Positions 23,144 to 32,310 of a DNA stretch of 40,959 bases are shown one piece after another. The notes below the pieces were generated by a model. It was given only the letters and a program-made list of their open reading frames with translations, was not told the DNA's origin and did not search any database. This stretch comes from an uncultured Methanosarcinales archaeon (lineage in GTDB: Archaea; Nanobdellota; Nanobdellia; Woesearchaeales; PXDW01), in contig CAZENX010000002.1 of assembly GCA_964513865.1 (NCBI GenBank), positions 1-40,959 of the forward strand. The letters run 5' to 3'. The position numbers and the translations under genes are program-made. How positions within the stretch are numbered: position 1 is the first letter of the stretch; each line of letters starts with the position of its first letter.

Positions 23144-24367
23144 TTATAAATTTATCTTAATAACCCTTTCTTTTATGTACTTTTCTTTAATTAAATCTTT
23201 CAATAATTTCTTTGGCTCTAGATATTTTCTCTTTACCTTTGCATATACCCTCCTGTTTTTTGTTATTGTTCTTTTGTATAATTTTCTAAACAAATCCAGA
23301 TGCTCTTTTTTACTAATAGGAGGGCCTGGATGTAGAATTTCCTTTGATAATCTTTCCTTTTTTATTATAAAATAAAATTTAGCTTTTAATTTCTTGTCCC
23401 ATTCCCAATCTTTGTATAATATATTAAAATCATTATTACCTAATCCTTTCAAAAGGTAATCAAGTGCTTTTTTAAGCTTGCTGCCAACAACATCCTCCTT
23501 ACCTTTTTTTGCTTTTATTTCTAAAATTATTAGATAATCTTTACCAGCTATTTTTTTTAACTCAGTTTCATCTATCTTTTTCTTAATAAAAAAGCTTTCA
23601 CTAGGTCTTTTCAAGAATTCCTTTGCTTTTTTTCTGAAAATATCATAGTTCTCCTTATTTAAAGCAGCAGCTGCATTTCTATCCGGCTGTATTGGATCAA
23701 CTATCACTAATGGTCCCTGGGTTTTTGATTTGTTTAATTCAAACAAAACATCTTTATGGTATTTTTTTATGTCAATTATCTCTTTATCCTTCCATCTTGA
23801 AGCTTTTCTTAAAAGATTAATAAAACCTTTATAATGGATAACTAATATATCCAAAATGTGCCCGGAGAATCCTCTAATATAAGATTCAGCCCCATATATT
23901 CCCTGGGCTTTGCAGAATGCTTTTGCCAACCTTATATCATCCTTTATTTTTTTATTGGCATTTTTATTAACAAAATTAACATGCAAAGGGCTCATGTCTG
24001 TTACATTCTCTATCTTTTTGTAATCCTTTACCTTTAAAACAGGAACTATTTCAAATATTAACTTATTATAAAGCTGATAATAATCCCTGCTTCCATGGAC
24101 CTTTTTTATTCTTAAATTCTTTATTGCCTTTCCTAAAAGCTTTGATATATCCTTTCCCTTATACGAATAATCAAATATTACAAATAAATCTACATCATAG
24201 TCATCTTTAAGAAAAGTTCCTTTAGCTATTGAGCCCCCTTTTATGCATTTTGCCTTTAATCTTGCTTTTCTTAATAATTTGTTTATTCTGCCAACTACTT
24301 CATCAACCTCTTTAAAAACCTCTTTATCAGGCCTAATCTCTTCTTTTAATTGTTCTAAAAACTCCAT
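23144..24367 (-). CDS. cca: CCA-adding tRNA nucleotidyltransferase, archaeal class I
   Basis: GGSIAKGTFLKDDYDVDLFVIF (GS...DxD polbeta-type NTase motif). Size 407 aa. Consistent with the tRNA genes here lacking encoded CCA. Confidence 0.8.
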   Translation of the reverse strand: MEFLEQLKEEIRPDKEVFKEVDEVVGRINKLLRKARLKAKCIKGGSIAKGTFLKDDYDVDLFVIFDYSYKGKDISKLLGKAIKNLRIKKVHGSRDYYQLYNKLIFEIVPVLKVKDYKKIENVTDMSPLHVNFVNKNANKKIKDDIRLAKAFCKAQGIYGAESYIRGFSGHILDILVIHYKGFINLLRKASRWKDKEIIDIKKYHKDVLFELNKSKTQGPLVIVDPIQPDRNAAAALNKENYDIFRKKAKEFLKRPSESFFIKKKIDETELKKIAGKDYLIILEIKAKKGKEDVVGSKLKKALDYLLKGLGNNDFNILYKDWEWDKKLKAKFYFIIKKERLSKEILHPGPPISKKEHLDLFRKLYKRTITKNRRVYAKVKRKYLEPKKLLKDLIKEKYIKERVIKINL

Positions 24368-24427
24368 AGCCCTAAATAAAAAGAGTATGTTTAAAAAGAT
24401 TTCTCTAAATAAGAAAAAAAGAAAAAC

Positions 24428-24435
24428 TTTATATA
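24428..24435 (+). promoter_or_regulatory. Candidate TATA box for the MNT/HEPN pair (leaderless)
   Basis: TTTATATA is centred about 27 nt upstream of ATG 24459. Confidence 0.4.
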
Positions 24436-24458
24436 CTAATTGTTATATTTATAACGAT

Positions 24459-25022
24459 ATGGTCAAAAAAGTAACGATATACTCTGCATTAGAGCCTTTC
24501 TTAATTAAACCCAGAGAGAAACTCCATCTTGCTGATATTTCAAGAGAGATAAACCAACCTCATCCTACAGTAAGGCAATGGCTGAATTATTTTGAAGAAA
24601 AGGGAGTTCTTAATAAAGAGAAAAAAGGAAGATTAACTTTGTATTCTTTAAATCTTGGAAATCCTAATATATTTGATTATTTAGTTATAGCAGAAAAAAA
24701 CAAGCTGATAAAAAAAAATGAGAAATGGCCTGTTCTTGCAGAGCTTGTTTCCTATATTAATAATCTTAATATTAATGCAGCCATATTTGGTTCTGCAGCA
24801 GATTCATTTAATTCGGCTAATGATATAGATATCCTGGTAGTTGGTAAATTTGATGTTAAAGAGCTTAAGAAATTTTCAAAAAAACTAAATAAAGAACTAC
24901 ATATTATTAATGTTAATAGTTTTGAAAAGATATCCAATTCATTAAGAATAGAGGTTATAAAAAAACATCTTTTGATAAAAGGGAGTGAAAATTTTGTGAG
25001 GTGGATGGTATGCCAACAATAA
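24459..25022 (+). CDS. wHTH-fused minimal nucleotidyltransferase (MNT-type, antitoxin-like)
   Basis: N-terminal winged-HTH-like LADISREINQPHPTVRQWLNYFEEKGVL. NTase motif IFGSAADSFNSANDIDILVVG. The track ORF start (24243) lies inside cca on the opposite strand, so I trimmed it to ATG 24459. Confidence 0.7.
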   Translation: MVKKVTIYSALEPFLIKPREKLHLADISREINQPHPTVRQWLNYFEEKGVLNKEKKGRLTLYSLNLGNPNIFDYLVIAEKNKLIKKNEKWPVLAELVSYINNLNINAAIFGSAADSFNSANDIDILVVGKFDVKELKKFSKKLNKELHIINVNSFEKISNSLRIEVIKKHLLIKGSENFVRWMVCQQ

Positions 25023-25474
25023 AGTGGTGCAAAAAACAGAAGAAAGGAATTAAATTAATAGATCCAAATGATAATCTATTCAGGGAATATATCCAGACAG
25101 CAGAAGAAACACTTGATATCTTGAAAAGTATAAAAGGGAAATCAAAAATTTGGCTGGCAACAACCAAATATTATTGTGAGTATTTTTCTGTTTATGCTTT
25201 ATTAATGAAGATTGGTGTAAAATGTGAGATACATGATTGTACTATTTCTTTATGCAGTTTACTTGAAGAAATGCAAGTTATTCCTAAAGGGTATACGACA
25301 ATACTGCAGGAAGACAAAGAGTTGAGGATAGATAACCAGTATTATCTAAAAAACAGGGACGTTCCTCTTGATTATAATAAAATTGTTGATTTTGTCATTA
25401 CAATAAAGAATATTGGCATCAAAATGACAAATGATAAGATAAATGAAATTAGAGATAACATAAAGAAATACTAA
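25010..25474 (+). CDS. HEPN domain protein (toxin-like partner of the MNT)
   Basis: Overlaps the NTase gene by 13 nt. All-helical, about 150 aa, with ELRIDNQYY (an R-x4-Y/H-like HEPN motif). Confidence 0.6.
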   Translation: MPTIKWCKKQKKGIKLIDPNDNLFREYIQTAEETLDILKSIKGKSKIWLATTKYYCEYFSVYALLMKIGVKCEIHDCTISLCSLLEEMQVIPKGYTTILQEDKELRIDNQYYLKNRDVPLDYNKIVDFVITIKNIGIKMTNDKINEIRDNIKKY

Positions 25475-25552
25475 TTAATCTAGCTTTATGCCAAATCTTT
25501 TTGCAAATATTTATAAATCTTATAAGATAAATAAATTAAAAAGAGGGATTAA

Positions 25553-26749
25553 ATGGATATAACATTAACTTACCTTACATACCTTGGCATTGTTCTTCTT
25601 ATTGGTTTATTGATGAGCATACTGGCTAAAAAATTAAGGATACCTAACATCTTATTGTTAATCTTAAGTGGAATTGCATTAGCAAATATAAAATACAAAG
25701 GAGAAACCTTGATGAGTTTTGAGCCTGCTTTCCTTATAGGAATAGCTTTGCTTGCTTTGGTTATGATTGTCTTTGACAGCAGCTCCAAATTCAAGTGGAG
25801 GGAATTTGACTCATTATCATTCAGGGTTTTGAAACTAATTATGATATTTCTTTTTTTGAATGTTATATTTCTTTCAACAGCAACATATTTTGTAATCGGG
25901 CTTAGTTCAATTCCTATGGCTATAATATTTGCAATAGTTATGTCAGGAACAGACCCTGCTACTGTTTTAAGCTTATTTAAAACCAAGATAAACAGGATAG
26001 TTGAGATTTTAAGGATAGAGGCAGTATTGAATACACCCTTAATTGTTTTGCTTCCTTTTGTGATTTTGGATGCAATGAATATAAAATTAGGCGTATTGTC
26101 AAGATTTCTTGAGCAGGGGGTTCCTTTTTTACAGCAGATAGTAACAGGTATTGGAGCAGGTGTAATATTAGGAGTTATTGTCTTTAAGCTGATGAGGAAA
26201 TTCTATTCAGAAGAGCTTTCCCCTCTGGCAGTAATGGTAACTGCCATATTAGGTTATGTTCTTGCAGAGAATCTTGGAGGAAATGGTGTTTTGGCAGTTA
26301 CTACATTGGGAGTCATGTTTGGCAATATGTATTTAAAAGAGAAAACGTCATTGAAGGAGTTTTCAGATATCTTTTCAAATGCTCTGGAAATACTTGTATT
26401 TGTCTTATTGGGTTTTATGGTTCCTATTGTCTTTTCCCTGCAGTTCTTCCTTAAATCATTGCTTATTTTCGCAATGATTATACTAATCAGGTATATTGCC
26501 ATACTAATCACATTCAGGAGAGAGAAGAATTTTACTCCAAAAAACAAGATATTTATGGCAATGAATGCCTCAAAAGGTATTGCTGTTGCTGTAATAGCAT
26601 TTTCCTTTTCATTGAGGAACATTGCAGGAATGGGCATCATACTTGATTTAATCCTGATAATGATGATATACAGCATAGTTCTTTCAACCATAGTTGCAAA
26701 GCTTTCTAAATTCTTCATAAAAGTAGATATTGATGAAAAATGCCAATAA
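25553..26749 (+). CDS. Cation/proton (Na+/H+) antiporter, CPA family
   Basis: About 11 TM segments. MSGTDPATVL (TDP motif of NhaP-type exchangers). Confidence 0.75.
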   Translation: MDITLTYLTYLGIVLLIGLLMSILAKKLRIPNILLLILSGIALANIKYKGETLMSFEPAFLIGIALLALVMIVFDSSSKFKWREFDSLSFRVLKLIMIFLFLNVIFLSTATYFVIGLSSIPMAIIFAIVMSGTDPATVLSLFKTKINRIVEILRIEAVLNTPLIVLLPFVILDAMNIKLGVLSRFLEQGVPFLQQIVTGIGAGVILGVIVFKLMRKFYSEELSPLAVMVTAILGYVLAENLGGNGVLAVTTLGVMFGNMYLKEKTSLKEFSDIFSNALEILVFVLLGFMVPIVFSLQFFLKSLLIFAMIILIRYIAILITFRREKNFTPKNKIFMAMNASKGIAVAVIAFSFSLRNIAGMGIILDLILIMMIYSIVLSTIVAKLSKFFIKVDIDEKCQ

Positions 26750-27492
26750 AGATAGGTCCAGGCGGAACTTCTGGGTTAGGTTATGATGAAGGTTTGAAAG
26801 AGATTAAAAATCTTAACTTAGATGCTCTTGAAGTGGAATTTACCTATGGAGTCAGGATGAGTAATATGGAAGCTAAAAAGATTGGGGAGATGGCTAAAGG
26901 CATTATATTAAGTGTTCATGGACCTTACTATATCAATTTAGCTTCTTTGGAACCTGATAAAGTAAAAGCTTCTGAAAAAAGGATATTGGATAGCTGCGAA
27001 AGAGCTCATTATCTTAATGCTAGATATGTAGTTTTTCATGCTGGTTTTTATGGAAAAAAGGATAAAGAAGAGATTTACCGGATTATTAAAAAAGAGTTAA
27101 TTGATTTGAAAGAAACAATAAATAGGAATAAATGGAATTCTAGATTATGCCCTGAAACAACAGGCAAGAAATCACAGTTTGGTAGCTTAGAAGAATTGCA
27201 AAGGTTGAAAAAAGAGATAGATGTTGATTATTGTGTTGATTTTGCTCATTTATTGGCAAGAGAAGGAAAGATAGATTATAAAAAATTACTGAAGAAATTA
27301 CCTAAAAAATTCCATTCCCATTACTCAGGCATTGAATATACAGAAAAAGGCGAGAGAAGACATCTTAATGTTGATATTTCTGATTTTAAAAAACTAGCAA
27401 ATGAACTGAAAAAACAGGATAAGGATATTATTATTATTTGTGAAAGCCCAGATCCTTTTGGGGATGCTGTTAAGATGAAAAAGATTTTATAG
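26740..27492 (+). CDS. Xylose-isomerase-like TIM-barrel protein (AP endonuclease family 2 / endonuclease IV-like)
   Basis: LDALEVEF, SVHGPYYINLAS, YVVFHAGFY, CPETTG and DFAHL resemble the metal-binding strands of Endo IV-like enzymes. Confidence 0.55.
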   Translation: MPIKIGPGGTSGLGYDEGLKEIKNLNLDALEVEFTYGVRMSNMEAKKIGEMAKGIILSVHGPYYINLASLEPDKVKASEKRILDSCERAHYLNARYVVFHAGFYGKKDKEEIYRIIKKELIDLKETINRNKWNSRLCPETTGKKSQFGSLEELQRLKKEIDVDYCVDFAHLLAREGKIDYKKLLKKLPKKFHSHYSGIEYTEKGERRHLNVDISDFKKLANELKKQDKDIIIICESPDPFGDAVKMKKIL

Positions 27493-27529
27493 AATGTGAG
27501 ACTATGATGGGGTTTGTAGGTGAAGAGAT

Positions 27530-28111
27530 TTATTCAAGCGTGGGAATCTCAAGAATAATAGAATGTAACTTTATGAAAATATCACGAACCTCTAATTTGA
27601 AATCTAAAACTAATGAACCCACATCAGTATAAGTGGAAAGTACTTTGTTCTTAAATGCGAATTTATCTCCATCAGTTAACGACCTTAATGCATCTTCATG
27701 TCTTAAATTGTGTTGAAATGCATTCCTAACCGCACCAATTGCTTTTAGACTAATTATGATATCTTTATCAATGAATTTCTTCCTTTTTTTGTTTTCTAAC
27801 ATTTTAAGTAGTTCAATCTTAGAGAAAAAGTCAATATGTCTTGATTTTAAGAAATTACTTAGAATTCCTTGTTGAGGGTTTTTATTTTGAGTTAAATATA
27901 AACAAATAATTGAATCGCATAGCATTTCAGTAAATAGCTGCCCATTAAGAAAAACGTTCCTAATATTCTTTTGATTCAATGCTTTATCGATGTTGTATTC
28001 TGTGAAAGTATATTTTCCATTTTTATGAGTTATTATACCATCATATTCTTTTTTGCTCATAGAATCATACTTGTTAATTGCCATTATAAATTTTGTTATT
28101 TTCCATGTCAA
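27530..28111 (-). CDS. HEPN-superfamily protein with intact R-x4-H motif (Abi/Swt1-like putative RNase)
   Basis: AIGAVRNAFQH gives Arg129 (27727..27725) and His134 (27712..27710) in an RNxxxH context. Helical protein of about 190 aa. An alternative start is at 28084. Confidence 0.55.
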   Translation of the reverse strand: MTWKITKFIMAINKYDSMSKKEYDGIITHKNGKYTFTEYNIDKALNQKNIRNVFLNGQLFTEMLCDSIICLYLTQNKNPQQGILSNFLKSRHIDFFSKIELLKMLENKKRKKFIDKDIIISLKAIGAVRNAFQHNLRHEDALRSLTDGDKFAFKNKVLSTYTDVGSLVLDFKLEVRDIFIKLHSIILEIPTLE

Positions 28112-28152
28112 TAATAGAAAGATTTTAAAATTATTTATGATTACTATTCAAT

Positions 28153-29238
28153 ATGACTTTAAAGGAAAAAATCTTTTTAGCAATTATACTAGCTTTAATT
28201 GGAATCATTTGTGGTATTCTAGCAATAAAAATTACTCCTCCAAGCAACCAATATAAAGAGTATGTACTCCATGGAAAAGTTATACCTTCAGATAAGATAA
28301 CAATTGCCAGACCTGGAAATGTTTATGTTTATTATCCATACCACAACATGAATTTTCTTAGCCAAAGTAGATTAATTGCTCTAAATAACATTGAATGGAT
28401 TAATGAAACACATGGTGAATTTGAGATATCATTTAAAGTGCCACTTAGTCTAACCAAAGTTGTATTGACCGTTCAAAGTTCAACATGCAATAATGAAATT
28501 GTCGATTTAAGAGAGGTTTTGCCTAATATTGAGTTGGTTTGGGGAAATCAAAGTTGTGAGGGGAGATATATACCCAAAGAAGATAAAGAACTTGTTTTAA
28601 AGAGGGTTAGAAATTCATTAAATAATTTGGATGGAAGATTAGTAAACATGCCTTTTAATTCAACAGAAAAACAAAATATAAAGAGCGCTATTGAAGATGC
28701 ATGGGACAATTTAGGCCAATCTGATAGTCTGGAAGGAAAAAATGAAACCTTATTATACGCGTATTATTCTTTATGGTATTCCGAAAAAGCAGACTTTATG
28801 GAAGTATTATATAGGTTAAAATATTGTCTTGAAAATGTAACTGATGTCTTAGCTATCCATAGTAATAAATGTTATATCCCAAATAATGAAGATTATGAAG
28901 ATTATAAAACATCTAATAACACTTATGCTTTTTCAAAGAATTCAGGCATTTTAACTAAACACCCTTATGAAACAATAGATATTGATATAATGAAAGAAGA
29001 AATAAGTTATCTACAAAGAAGAAGAGGTGACCTTTCACAAGCTAAGAGTGATTGTGAATCTGCTTTAGGTAATATTGGAGATACATTTGATTTTCAAAAA
29101 CCTTATTGTGAAGCAAGAAGAATCTTCATGAATTTGACTTATACTTTTGGAGCAGTATTTCTTTTCTTTTTGGGATATTTAATTAAAGATATAATTGAAA
29201 AATGGCCAGAATTAAAAAAAATAAAAAGAAAAAAATAG
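28153..29238 (+). CDS. Hypothetical bitopic surface protein (N- and C-terminal TM helices, Cys- and sequon-containing ectodomain)
   Basis: TM helices FLAIILALIGIICGILAI and FGAVFLFFLGYLI. Several N-x-S/T sites and paired cysteines between them. Confidence 0.5.
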   Translation: MTLKEKIFLAIILALIGIICGILAIKITPPSNQYKEYVLHGKVIPSDKITIARPGNVYVYYPYHNMNFLSQSRLIALNNIEWINETHGEFEISFKVPLSLTKVVLTVQSSTCNNEIVDLREVLPNIELVWGNQSCEGRYIPKEDKELVLKRVRNSLNNLDGRLVNMPFNSTEKQNIKSAIEDAWDNLGQSDSLEGKNETLLYAYYSLWYSEKADFMEVLYRLKYCLENVTDVLAIHSNKCYIPNNEDYEDYKTSNNTYAFSKNSGILTKHPYETIDIDIMKEEISYLQRRRGDLSQAKSDCESALGNIGDTFDFQKPYCEARRIFMNLTYTFGAVFLFFLGYLIKDIIEKWPELKKIKRKK

Positions 29239-29249
29239 TTGAAGAAGCT

Positions 29250-29663
29250 ACTATGTCTATCATAGTAATAGTGGTTGGAGTAATTGCAATAATTTTTAAA
29301 CAAATAATATTTGGAATTATTTTCATAGGAATTGGAGGAGGAATCATTGGGTTAAATAAAGATTTAAGAGAGTTTATTATATCTTTTTTTATATATTTAG
29401 CTAATAAAGAAAAAAATGAAAAAAGTCAAAATATGGAAAATGTTTCAGAAAGTGCCCAACAATCAGATCTTTTAGCTGGAGGAGATATAGCTGGTAGGGA
29501 CATTAAAAAAACATTCTACTTCACACCTGATAATAAATTTAAGATGTGTCCTAAATGCAAGCAAATGACATTTGAGCATGACAAACCTGTAGATACTTTT
29601 AAAATCGAATATTGGGTTTGTAGAAATCCTGAATGTGGATATGAAGAAGAAAGAAAAAAATAA
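29250..29663 (+). CDS. Hypothetical membrane protein with C-terminal zinc ribbon
   Basis: Two hydrophobic segments, a GGDIAGRDI motif, then CPKCKQ...CRNPECG (CxxC...CxxxxC). The track start at 29202 overlaps the previous gene, so ATG 29250 is preferred. Confidence 0.45.
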   Translation, partial: TMSIIVIVVGVIAIIFKQIIFGIIFIGIGGGIIGLNKDLREFIISFFIYLANKEKNEKSQNMENVSESAQQSDLLAGGDIAGRDIKKTFYFTPDNKFKMCPKCKQMTFEHDKPVDTFKIEYWVCRNPECGYEEERKK

Positions 29664-29665
29664 TC

Positions 29666-30370
29666 TTATCTTTTTTTAGAAAACGTATTTATTACAAAGG
29701 AATTTCCTATGATGTATACTAACACACCAACAACAACATATAAGCCAAACCATTTTGCTGCTTCTAAATAGTTTCCAGCAAAGATAGCAGGAACAACACC
29801 AACAGTAAAAATTAGTACTGTGAATCCAGCCATAAGTCCTCCAAAAAAACTTATGGTGTAGTCTTTGTGCAGAATAAATGAATCATGTTTATTTATTATA
29901 GGTTGCTCTGCTCTTGATTTTTGAATGGAGTTTTTGCCTTTTATATATAAAATGAACGTAAATGGTATAAAGCTAATAATAAGTAGAATAATCTTAAAAT
30001 ATGTATAAAAACCAATATTTGAAAAAAGGATAAGTATAATTATAGCAGCAAGAAAAATCTCTAAAATTGTACCTATGAAATTAGAAAGTAATTTATTTAA
30101 ATTTTGTAAAAAATAATTTCTATTGTTCCTATTAGCTAAAAAGATTATAAAACCTATGGAAAATAAAACAAGTCCTATGATGGCTAAGTTATTAATCCAA
30201 ACAGGGTATTCATAGTTAAATTCTTGTTGACCCCAATATAAGATTCCTTTCTCAGTGGGTAAATCGGGGTTTACAGGCCATTTTGCAGCAGCCCAAAACA
30301 AAATGAATATAAATATAATAACAGAAGGTATAATAAACGCTCTTCGTATCCGATTTAAAACATTATTCAT
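29666..30370 (-). CDS. Hypothetical polytopic membrane protein (about 6 TM)
   Basis: A long ORF dominated by hydrophobic segments. No motif recognised. Confidence 0.45.
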   Translation of the reverse strand: MNNVLNRIRRAFIIPSVIIFIFILFWAAAKWPVNPDLPTEKGILYWGQQEFNYEYPVWINNLAIIGLVLFSIGFIIFLANRNNRNYFLQNLNKLLSNFIGTILEIFLAAIIILILFSNIGFYTYFKIILLIISFIPFTFILYIKGKNSIQKSRAEQPIINKHDSFILHKDYTISFFGGLMAGFTVLIFTVGVVPAIFAGNYLEAAKWFGLYVVVGVLVYIIGNSFVINTFSKKR

Positions 30371-30496
30371 TTTTTATTACCATACCATTAAAAACTAATA
30401 GGAATAAATATATATAAAACTTTCTAATGATTATCAAATATTCTTCGAATACAACTTTCAGTTAACTTTTTAAATAAATATTAATCATCATCATGT

Positions 30497-30862
30497 ATGA
30501 AAATCTTATTAGACACCAACTTTCTGCTTATCCCTGCTCAGTTCAGGGTAGATATCTTTGCAGAGATAGAAAGAATCATGAAAGAGCCTTACAAACTATA
30601 CATTCTAAAGCAGACAATAGACGAACTAAACAAAATAATAGAAAAACAGAGAGGAAAGCATAGAGAAGCAGCTAAATTAGCTTTACAACTTATAAAACAA
30701 AAAGGCTTAAATACTATTAGAATTTCCTCAAAAGGTAGTGTCGACGATATTATTAAAAATATAGCTAAAAACTATATAGTAGCTACTCAGGATAAAGAGC
30801 TAAAAAAATCCTTAAAAAAGGTAATAACTTTAAGAGCAAAAAAATATCTGGTGATAAGCTAA
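30497..30862 (+). CDS. PIN-domain nuclease, Fcf1/Utp24-like (rRNA maturation type)
   Basis: MKILLDTNFLL (first acidic residue) and VATQDKELKKSL (third acidic motif). Sits in the conserved archaeal position directly upstream of rpoE'. Confidence 0.65.
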   Translation: MKILLDTNFLLIPAQFRVDIFAEIERIMKEPYKLYILKQTIDELNKIIEKQRGKHREAAKLALQLIKQKGLNTIRISSKGSVDDIIKNIAKNYIVATQDKELKKSLKKVITLRAKKYLVIS

Positions 30863-30863
30863 A

Positions 30864-31433
30864 ATGTTTTACAAAATGCTGATTAATGATTATATAAGAG
30901 TACCTCCTAAACTTTTTGAAAAAAACGTAGAGGAAGCTATAACAGAGCAAATTAAGAAACAATATGAAGGATATATATCTGATGATTTAGGCGTAGTTAT
31001 AGATGTTGCCTCAATAGAAAAGATTGGAGAAGGCATTATTGTTCCAGGAGATGGTGCTCCTTTTTATGATACAACCTTCACTTTAATTACATTCAAACCA
31101 GAGATGCAGGAAGTTATAAACGGAAAGATAAAGGATATAACTGATTTTGGTGCTTTCATAACAATGGGCCCGATAGAAGGAATGATTCATGTTTCCCAGA
31201 CTATGGATGATTTTGTTTCATTCTCAAAAGACAAGGTGTTGATAGGAAAGGATACCAAAAAAAGCTTAAAGGTTAATGATAAGTGCAAGGCAAGAATCAT
31301 AGCAGTAAGCTATAAGGATATTGCTAATCCAAAATTAGGCTTGACAATGAGGCAGAAAGGTCTGGGAAGGGTTGATTGGATTGAAGAGGAATTCTCCGAA
31401 GAGCCTAAAAAGGAGAAAGAAAAGAAAAAATGA
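30864..31433 (+). CDS. rpoE: DNA-directed RNA polymerase subunit E' (Rpo7) with S1 domain
   Basis: N-terminal Rpo7 fold sequence (IRVPPKLF...GVVIDV...GDGAPFYDTTF). S1 domain GKIKDITDFGAFITMGPIEGMIHVSQ. Confidence 0.85.
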   Translation: MFYKMLINDYIRVPPKLFEKNVEEAITEQIKKQYEGYISDDLGVVIDVASIEKIGEGIIVPGDGAPFYDTTFTLITFKPEMQEVINGKIKDITDFGAFITMGPIEGMIHVSQTMDDFVSFSKDKVLIGKDTKKSLKVNDKCKARIIAVSYKDIANPKLGLTMRQKGLGRVDWIEEEFSEEPKKEKEKKK

Positions 31434-31618
31434 GCAAGAAAAAGGTTTGTAAATCTTGTAAGGCATTTTATCATGGAGAAATATGCCCTATCTGCAAAAG
31501 CAACCAGACAGCAGCTGTCTGGCAGGGAAGAATAAATATATTGGATGCTAATAAGTCAGACATTGCCAAAAAAATGGGCATAGGCATTAAAGGGGAATAT
31601 GCTATCAAAATAAGATGA
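31430..31618 (+). CDS. spt4: Transcription elongation factor Spt4 (RpoE'')
   Basis: 62 aa with Zn ribbon CKSCKAF...CPICKS. ATGA overlap with rpoE'. Confidence 0.8.
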   Translation: MSKKKVCKSCKAFYHGEICPICKSNQTAAVWQGRINILDANKSDIAKKMGIGIKGEYAIKIR

Positions 31619-32139
31619 ATTTAGAATTATTAAAGGAAAAAGAAGTACCTATCTTATCTAGGAAAAGGTATACTTATATTCTGGAAGCAGAGAAAGCAAC
31701 TCCATCAAGATTAGAGTTGTTAAAAGAGATTGCCAAGAAACTAAATACAGCTGAAAAATTGATTGTTATAAAGCACATATATTCCCAATATGGTTCATCT
31801 AAGGTTAAGGTAATAGTTAATGCATATAAAAAAGAAGAAGATCTGAAAAAGTTTGAGCATGAAAGTTTAATAAACAGGCACCATAAAAAAACAAAGGAAG
31901 AGATAGAACAGGAAGAAAAGGAAAAAGCAGAAAAGGAAGCAGAAGCCCAAAGGAAAAAGGAAGAAGCTGAAGCAGCAAAACAGGAATTGAAACAGGAAGC
32001 AGAGGAAAAGAAGGTAGAAGAAAAACCTGCTGAAGCAGCAAAAGTTCCTGAAGAAAAGCCTGAAGAAGTGAAAGAGGAAGCACCTAAAGAACCAAAAGAA
32101 GAGAAAAAAGAAGAAGCTGTTGAAGATAAAAAACAATAA
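31615..32139 (+). CDS. rps24e: Ribosomal protein eS24 with a K/E/A-rich C-terminal extension of about 85 aa
   Basis: N-terminal about 90 aa, [32 protein letters not shown]...[21 protein letters not shown], fits eS24. The remainder is [24 protein letters not shown]... Confidence 0.75.
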   Translation: MNLELLKEKEVPILSRKRYTYILEAEKATPSRLELLKEIAKKLNTAEKLIVIKHIYSQYGSSKVKVIVNAYKKEEDLKKFEHESLINRHHKKTKEEIEQEEKEKAEKEAEAQRKKEEAEAAKQELKQEAEEKKVEEKPAEAAKVPEEKPEEVKEEAPKEPKEEKKEEAVEDKKQ

Positions 32140-32141
32140 AA

Positions 32142-32309
32142 ATGGCAAAAAAACAAAGGAAGAAGAAACCAGCAACACAGGTCTGGAAATTATACGAAGG
32201 AAATAAAAGAAAGAACAAGACATGTCCTAAATGTGGACCTGGTATATTTCTTGCAGAACATAAGGACAGATTAAGCTGCGGCAAATGCGGCTATATGGAA
32301 AAGAAATAA
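32142..32309 (+). CDS. rps27ae: Ribosomal protein eS27ae (zinc ribbon), 55 aa; below the ORF-track length cutoff
   Basis: Manual translation gives [55 protein letters not shown], ending at TAA 32307..32309. CPKCG...CGKCG ribbon. Sits in the conserved position after eS24. Confidence 0.8.
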   Translation: MAKKQRKKKPATQVWKLYEGNKRKNKTCPKCGPGIFLAEHKDRLSCGKCGYMEKK

Positions 32310-32310
32310 T

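Noticed and set aside
24243-24458. N-terminal 72 residues of track ORF 24243..25022
   Set aside because: This part overlaps the 5' end of cca on the opposite strand and is low complexity. A TATA box at 24428-24435 and the wHTH beginning right after Met73 support a start at 24459.
31674-32284. Four minus-strand ORFs (31674..32156, 31817..32083, 31867..32223, 32084..32284), rich in F/S/L/C
   Set aside because: They are antisense to the GAA/AAG-rich tail of eS24 and to eS27ae. The reverse complement of K/E codons gives F/L/S runs with no stops, so no independent coding signal exists.
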